Part shown: one piece after another, positions 7,051-11,466 of the stretch
Numbering within the stretch: the first letter of the stretch is position 1
Layout of the letters: each line of letters opens with the position of its first letter
Source: Candidatus Omnitrophota bacterium
Lineage (GTDB): Bacteria; Omnitrophota; Gorgyraeia; Zapsychrales; Fredricksoniimonadaceae
Direction of reading: 5' to 3'
Assembly: GCA_037141995.1 (NCBI GenBank)
Contig: JBAXBM010000050.1
Coordinates: 1-11,466 of the forward strand
Length of the DNA: 11,466 nt
Program-made: the position numbers and the translations under genes
The notes under the pieces: generated by a model
What the model saw: the letters and a program-made list of their open reading frames with translations, nothing else
Database searches by the model: none
What the model was told of the DNA's origin: nothing

Positions 7051-7183
7051 ATGTTTAGCGCCTTGTGTGCTCGCCGCGCCGAGCGCCGAGTGCTTTTTCG
7101 CCTGGAACGAGGGGGTTTATCCCCCGAGAGAAGCCGAAAGAGTGGCGCGGTATGGCAGGCGAGAAATCGAATGCGCTAAACAT
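7051..7183 (+). ncRNA. Copy 1 of a ~133-nt structured repeat element, immediately upstream of ygiQ and overlapping its start codon. Candidate cis-regulatory RNA or MITE-like structured repeat, with four helices supported by covariation against copy 2.
   Basis: P1 7051..7061 pairs with 7173..7183 (ATGTTTAGCGC / GCGCTAAACAT). P2 7070..7080 pairs with 7144..7148 plus 7158..7163. P3 7093..7100 CTTTTTCG pairs with 7135..7142 CGAAAGAG. P4 is the hairpin GGGGG-TTTAT-CCCCC at 7111..7125. Confidence 0.6.
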
Positions 7184-8960
7184 GCATAAAAAAACTTCGT
7201 TTCTTCCCATGTATCTTGATGAGATGGCGGCTCGGGGGTGGGGTGAGCTGGACGTTATTATCATCAGCGGCGATGCGTATGTGGATCATCCTTCCTACGG
7301 CACGGCATTGATCGGGCGTCTCCTGGAAAGCAAGGGTTATCGCGTGGGTATTATCGCCCAGCCGGACTGGCGGTCGCTGGATGATTTTACGCGCCTGGGG
7401 CGTCCGCGTTTGTGCGTTTGTGTGACGGCGGGCAATGTGGATTCCATGGTTGCCCATTACACGGCCAACAAGCGGCGGCGGCAGGGGGATGATTTTGCGC
7501 CGGGCGGCAAGGACGGCTTGAGGCCGGATCGTGCGGCGATTGTGTATGCTAATCGTGCTAAGGCGGCATTCAAGGGCCTGCCGGTGATCCTGGGCGGTGT
7601 TGAGGCCAGCATGCGGCGCTTGGCGCATTACGATTACTGGGATGATGCGGTGCGGCGTTCGGTATTGATCGATGCCAAGGCGGACATGATCATTTACGGC
7701 ATGGCAGAGCGGCCTGTTGTGGAAGTGATGGCGCGGCTGGCGCAGGGTGAGGCGATCGCAGCGATCCGTGATGTGCGCGGCACCGTGGTGCGTGTGAAGC
7801 CGGCGGAATTTCCTGCGGGGACGATAGAATTGCCGTCGTTTGAAGATATCAGCCGTGACCCTGAAATTTTTAACCAGGCATTTCGCCTGGCTTATGCGGA
7901 AATGTCGCCGGAAGACGGCAAGCCTTTGGCCCAGCGGCATGCGGATCAGTGTGTGCTGCAATTGCCCCCGGCATTGCCATTGACACCTCAAGAACTTGAC
8001 GCCGGTTATGATCTGGCGTATGCGCGCACATGGCATCCGTCGTATGATGCCTTGGGCGGCGTGAAGGGTTTAGAGACAGTGCGCTGGTCGATCACAGCGG
8101 TGCGCGGCTGTCCCGGGGAGTGTCATTTTTGCGGGATCACGTTCCATCAGGGGCGGATCGTGCAGAGCCGGAGCGTGGCGTCCATTGTGCGGGAAGCTGA
8201 AGGCCTCGCGCGCGACCCGGCGTTTCGGGGGACGATTCAGGATGTGGGCGGGCCGACAGCGAATTTATACGGTGCCAGTTGTGCCAATTGGAATAAAGGC
8301 CGGGTATGCCGCGGCAAGCAGTGCCTGATGCCATCGAAATGCCCGTCGCTGGATCTGGGGTGCCGGGAAGCGGTTTCCTTGTATGAAGCGATACGGCGTG
8401 TGCCGGGCATAAAACATATGTTCGTGCAGAGCGGTTTGAGGTATGATCTCTTGCTCGAACCGGCGGCGCTCGATTATTTCAAGGTGTTATGCCGTTATCA
8501 TGTCAGCGGGCAGATGAAGGTGGCTCCCGAGCATACATCCGACGAGGTTTTAGCGCTCATGAACAAGCCGCCCTATGCGCGGTATGAGGCTTTTGTCCGG
8601 CTTTTCAATGAGATCAATGCGGGGCTTGGCAAGAAGCAGTTTCTGGTGAATTATTTTGTCAGCGCGCATCCCGGGGCAGGGCTTAAGGAAGCGTTTGATT
8701 GTGCGTCAATGCTTTTATCCCGCGGGATGCATCCGGAACAGGTGCAAGATTTTCTGCCTTTACCCATGACGGTATCGGCGTGCATGTATCACACGGGGAA
8801 GCATCCTCTGACGGGCAAGAGTGTTTATGTGCCGCGGAAAGACAATGAACGCGCGATGCAGAGGGCCCTTGTGCAGTCGCAGAATCCTGGTAATGCGCCC
8901 TTGATTGACAAGGCGCTTAATATTTTAGGTAAACAGGGAGTTAAGAAAAAATTTAAATAA
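7182..8960 (+). CDS. ygiQ: YgiQ-family radical SAM protein (UPF0313).
   Basis: The N-terminus FLPMYLDEMAARGWGELDVIIISGDAYVDHPSYG matches the conserved YgiQ N-terminal domain. Radical SAM cluster motif CPGECHFC (C-x3-C-x2-C). Start chosen at the MHKK methionine (7182) rather than the 7065 start in the ORF track, which would read through the structured repeat. Confidence 0.85.
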   Translation: MHKKTSFLPMYLDEMAARGWGELDVIIISGDAYVDHPSYGTALIGRLLESKGYRVGIIAQPDWRSLDDFTRLGRPRLCVCVTAGNVDSMVAHYTANKRRRQGDDFAPGGKDGLRPDRAAIVYANRAKAAFKGLPVILGGVEASMRRLAHYDYWDDAVRRSVLIDAKADMIIYGMAERPVVEVMARLAQGEAIAAIRDVRGTVVRVKPAEFPAGTIELPSFEDISRDPEIFNQAFRLAYAEMSPEDGKPLAQRHADQCVLQLPPALPLTPQELDAGYDLAYARTWHPSYDALGGVKGLETVRWSITAVRGCPGECHFCGITFHQGRIVQSRSVASIVREAEGLARDPAFRGTIQDVGGPTANLYGASCANWNKGRVCRGKQCLMPSKCPSLDLGCREAVSLYEAIRRVPGIKHMFVQSGLRYDLLLEPAALDYFKVLCRYHVSGQMKVAPEHTSDEVLALMNKPPYARYEAFVRLFNEINAGLGKKQFLVNYFVSAHPGAGLKEAFDCASMLLSRGMHPEQVQDFLPLPMTVSACMYHTGKHPLTGKSVYVPRKDNERAMQRALVQSQNPGNAPLIDKALNILGKQGVKKKFK

Positions 8961-8962
8961 TG

Positions 8963-9098
8963 GTATTCAGCGCCCTGTGTTTTCGCCGCGCCAAGCGCCG
9001 AGTGCCTTTCCGCCTGGAACGAGGGGGCCGCAGCCCCCGAGAGAAGCCGGAAGGGTGGCGCGATAAGGCAGGCGAAAAGATCTGATGCGCTGAACGTG
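8963..9098 (+). ncRNA. Copy 2 of the ~133-nt structured repeat element. It lies between the ygiQ stop and the ybiT start, ending about 27 nt before the ybiT start codon.
   Basis: About 85% identity to copy 1. Every helix is preserved through compensatory changes: P1 TTCAGCGC/GCGCTGAA vs TTTAGCGC/GCGCTAAA; P2 TTCGCC/GGCGAA vs CTCGCC/GGCGAG; P3 CCTTTCCG/CGGAAGGG vs CTTTTTCG/CGAAAGAG. The P4 stem is kept while its loop differs. Confidence 0.6.
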
Positions 9099-9125
9099 TG
9101 CAATTAAACAAGAGAGGTAATCAGC

Positions 9126-10745
9126 ATGATCACGGTTAATAATGTTACGCTTCAATATGGCCAGCGGAAACTTTTTTCCGGTGTTAATATCAGTTTCTCC
9201 CAGGGTAATTGCTACGGCCTTATCGGCGCCAATGGATCCGGCAAATCAACGTTCCTGAAGATCTTGTCCGGCGAGATTGACTCAACCGAAGGTACAGTGG
9301 CCATTGATCCCGGCAAGCGCATGTCGGTGTTGCGCCAGGATCATTTTGCGTTTGATGAGCAGACGGTTTTGACAACGGTCATCATGGGGCACAAGCGGCT
9401 TTTTGATGTCATGCTGGAAAAAGACGCCATTTATGCCAAGGCAGATTTTACTGATGCCGACGGCATGCGTGTTTCCGAGCTGGAAGCCGAGTTTGCGGAA
9501 ATGGACGGGTGGAACGCGGAATCTGATGCCGGCAAACTCTTGGCGGAACTGGGGATCGCGACCTCAGCGCACACCCAGCAGATGAAACAGCTCGAGGGCG
9601 GCGACAAGGTGCGTGTGCTGTTGGCCCAGGCGCTTTTTGGCAATCCCGATATCCTTCTTCTCGACGAGCCGACGAACCATCTTGATGTCGAGACCTGCAT
9701 GTGGCTGGAGGAATTTCTTTCCCGTTTCGAGAATACGGCGATCGTTGTTTCCCATGACCGCCATTTTCTCGACAATGTGTGCACGCATATCGCCGACATT
9801 GATTTCGGGAAGGTTAAGATTTACTCCGGCAATTATACGTTCTGGTCGGAATCAAGCCGCCTCGCCGCAAAGCAGCGTAGTGAAGAGAATAAGAAGGTCG
9901 AGGACCGCCGCAAGGAATTGCAGGATTTCATCGCACGCTTCAGTTCCAATTTGTCAAAGTCGCGTCAGGCAACAAGCCGTAAAAAGATCCTCGAGAAACT
10001 TGTCATCGAGGACATTGAACCGTCTTCGCGTAAATATCCGTATGTGCATTTTGAGCAGGAACGCGAGGCCGGCAACGACCTCTTGGGGGTGGATGATCTG
10101 GCCAAATCTTTGGACGGGCAGGTCATGTTCAAGAAGTTATCATTTACGATTGAAAAGGGAGACAAGGTGGCTTTTGTGGGATCCAATGATCTGATCAAGA
10201 CGACACTTTTTCAGATTCTCATGGGCGAACTTCCGGCGGATAAAGGGACGTTCAAGTGGGGCTTCTCGACAAAGCGCGCCTATTTCCCGAAAGACAATGC
10301 CGAATATTTCAAGTCTGATCTCAGTGTCGTTGACTGGCTGAGGCAGTATTCCGAAGAGAAGGCCGAAGTTTTTATCCGCGGCTTTTTAGGCAAGATGCTT
10401 TTTACCGGTGAAGAATCCCAGAAACCGGCCAAGGTCCTTTCAGGCGGCGAGAAAGTCCGCTGTATGCTTTCACGCATGATGCTCATGAAGCCCAACGTTG
10501 TGATTCTCGACGAGCCGACCAGTCACCTGGATCTCGAGTCGATCACCGCACTCAATGAGGGGCTGAAGCGCTTTAAGGGCACGATCCTTTTCTCGTCGCA
10601 TGACCATGAGCTGGTGCAGACCGTCGCCAACCGCATCATCGAGATCACGCCGGCGGGCATGATCGACCGTACGGGTACAACGTTTGATGATTATCTGTCC
10701 GATGAACGCGTCAAAACCCTGCGGGCAGAGTTTGCCAGGGTTTAA
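9126..10745 (+). CDS. ybiT: ABC-F family ATPase (tandem ABC domains, no transmembrane domain), YbiT/EttA-like.
   Basis: Near collinear similarity to E. coli YbiT as I recall it: NVT.QYG...GLIGANGSGKSTF.KIL, RQDHFAF.E.TVL.TVIMGH, RVLLAQALF..PDILLLDEPTN.LD, SHDRHFL..VCTH.AD.D. Second half has KPAKVLSGGEK, ILDEPTSHLD and SHD. RBS AGAGAGG upstream. Confidence 0.9.
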   Translation: MITVNNVTLQYGQRKLFSGVNISFSQGNCYGLIGANGSGKSTFLKILSGEIDSTEGTVAIDPGKRMSVLRQDHFAFDEQTVLTTVIMGHKRLFDVMLEKDAIYAKADFTDADGMRVSELEAEFAEMDGWNAESDAGKLLAELGIATSAHTQQMKQLEGGDKVRVLLAQALFGNPDILLLDEPTNHLDVETCMWLEEFLSRFENTAIVVSHDRHFLDNVCTHIADIDFGKVKIYSGNYTFWSESSRLAAKQRSEENKKVEDRRKELQDFIARFSSNLSKSRQATSRKKILEKLVIEDIEPSSRKYPYVHFEQEREAGNDLLGVDDLAKSLDGQVMFKKLSFTIEKGDKVAFVGSNDLIKTTLFQILMGELPADKGTFKWGFSTKRAYFPKDNAEYFKSDLSVVDWLRQYSEEKAEVFIRGFLGKMLFTGEESQKPAKVLSGGEKVRCMLSRMMLMKPNVVILDEPTSHLDLESITALNEGLKRFKGTILFSSHDHELVQTVANRIIEITPAGMIDRTGTTFDDYLSDERVKTLRAEFARV

Positions 10746-10749
10746 CTAT

Positions 10750-11466
10750 CTATTTTAGTATTGTTATCAGTTCCTGCGGGGAAACGATGCGGACGAAATC
10801 GACGGCGCGGGGATGCTCGACCGGGCAGACACAATAACAGGGGACGTCAGGATATTCCGTGTGAAAGGCTTTAAGGCCTGTCAGGTCGCGCAGGCCAATA
10901 TGCGGGGTGGATTTGCATTCAATGGCATAGAGGATGGACGCTCCGCGGCTGATCAGCAGGTCAACTTCAGCTCCATTGTTTGTGCGCCAGAAGTTGAATT
11001 TCCAGTCGAGCTGGTGGTATTCATTGAGGTGTGTCAATTCCTGGATAACCCATTGTTCAAACAGTCGGCCTTGTTGGATCGGGTTGTTGTTGTCTCTAAG
11101 GGTTCCCAGGATCGAGCGGGTGACGCCATTATCAAAGAAGTAGAATTTCGGGCTATGGCTCATCCTTTGACGCAGGCTTTTCAAATAAGGGAAAATAAAA
11201 AAGCCGATGAGGGTATCTTCAAGGATGGCGTAATATTCCCGGACCGTTGATAATGAAACCTGGCATTCCCGGGAGACGGAAGAAAAATTGATCTGTTGGG
11301 CAAATTGAGCCGCCGCAATATCAAGAAAATTCTGAAACCCGTTAAGGTTTCGCACCAAAGCTTCGGCTTTGATTTCTTCGCTGAGGTAGGCAACGGTGTA
11401 GGCGCGCAGGAGATCTTGTGCCTGGTCCATTTTATTTTCCAGTAGCAGGCTGTAAATTCTTGGCAT
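10750..11466 (-). CDS. C-terminal DUF4143 portion of a second COG1373-type AAA+ ATPase. It is 5'-truncated at the window edge; the N-terminal ATPase domain lies beyond position 11466.
   Basis: DUF4143-like motifs: NFSSVSRECQVSLSTVREYYAILEDTLIGFFIFPY, KFYFFDNGV, LFEQWVIQEL, EVDLLI...AIECKS. These parallel the C-terminal half of the 934..2130 protein. The frame is open to the window end. Confidence 0.75.
   Translation of the reverse strand: MPRIYSLLLENKMDQAQDLLRAYTVAYLSEEIKAEALVRNLNGFQNFLDIAAAQFAQQINFSSVSRECQVSLSTVREYYAILEDTLIGFFIFPYLKSLRQRMSHSPKFYFFDNGVTRSILGTLRDNNNPIQQGRLFEQWVIQELTHLNEYHQLDWKFNFWRTNNGAEVDLLISRGASILYAIECKSTPHIGLRDLTGLKAFHTEYPDVPCYCVCPVEHPRAVDFVRIVSPQELITILK

Noticed and set aside
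7065-7181. Longer 631-aa version of ygiQ starting at 7065, as given in the ORF track.
   Set aside because: The extra 39 residues (MCSPRRAPSAFSPGTRGF...) read straight through the structured repeat and are Pro/Arg-rich. The conserved YgiQ N-terminal domain begins right after the Met at 7182.
7176-8036. 286-aa ORF on the - strand antisense to ygiQ, and a 145-aa + strand ORF (10813..11250) antisense to the DUF4143 gene.
   Set aside because: Both lie entirely inside well-supported genes on the opposite strand. They have Arg/Pro/His-rich low-complexity translations typical of spurious antisense frames in GC-rich DNA.
7051-9098. Attempt to assign the 133-nt element to a known riboswitch class (SAH, cobalamin, TPP, SAM, glycine, ykkC/guanidine, ydaO, Mn, fluoride, ZTP).
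   Set aside because: None of the class-defining conserved nucleotides I can recall are present. The partial resemblance of GCGCCGAGCGCCGAGTGC to the SAH-riboswitch GCCGAGGAGCGCUGC core is too weak, and the downstream genes do not fit. This needs an Rfam search to settle.
7055-9155. Small - strand ORFs 7055..7264 and 8967..9155, whose C-termini are similar (PLVPGEKALGARRGEHTRR and PLVPGGKALGAWRGENTGR).
   Set aside because: The similarity is simply the translation of the two copies of the 133-nt structured repeat on the opposite strand. There is no independent coding evidence.
1-11466. CRISPR arrays, tRNA/rRNA genes, transposases or integrases.
   Set aside because: No short regularly spaced direct repeats, no cloverleaf-like segments, and no DDE, tyrosine or serine recombinase motifs were seen in any frame.

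Overview
This 11.5-kb bacterial window has a mosaic composition: AT-rich at the left end, about 45-50% GC in the middle, and GC-rich around ygiQ/ybiT.

Coding regions on the + strand, in order:
- a low-GC four-TM membrane protein (8..721, possibly 5'-truncated);
- a COG1373/DUF4143 AAA+ ATPase (934..2130) behind a promoter that carries a perfect 12-4-12 palindromic operator;
- a membrane-anchored YiiX/DUF830-like permuted papain-fold protein (2172..2990);
- a translationally coupled pair, an SPFH protein with a C-terminal zinc ribbon (COG4260, YdjI-like) followed by a zinc-ribbon/TPR protein (3087..4738);
- a 703-aa secreted protein of unknown function (4835..6946) whose 3' third is much lower in GC and begins with an internal signal-peptide-like segment;
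- a YgiQ-family radical SAM protein (7182..8960);
- an ABC-F ATPase (YbiT/EttA-like, 9126..10745) whose second Walker A motif is degenerate.
On the - strand at the right edge there is a second, 5'-truncated DUF4143 AAA+ ATPase (10750..11466).

Two non-coding signals stand out.
1. A ~66-bp conserved element occurs twice (3004..3069 and 4752..4817), each time about 18 nt upstream of a start codon (SPFH operon and the secreted protein). It includes a sigma-54-like TGGCAT-N5-TTTC core. This suggests a small co-regulated module, plausibly envelope-stress-related.
2. A ~133-nt element is present in two copies (7051..7183 and 8963..9098) directly upstream of ygiQ and ybiT. It folds into four helices, each supported by compensatory base changes between the copies. 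This makes it a strong candidate for a structured cis-regulatory RNA or MITE-like repeat family. I could not match it to a known riboswitch class from memory.

No tRNA, rRNA, CRISPR array or transposase is evident.
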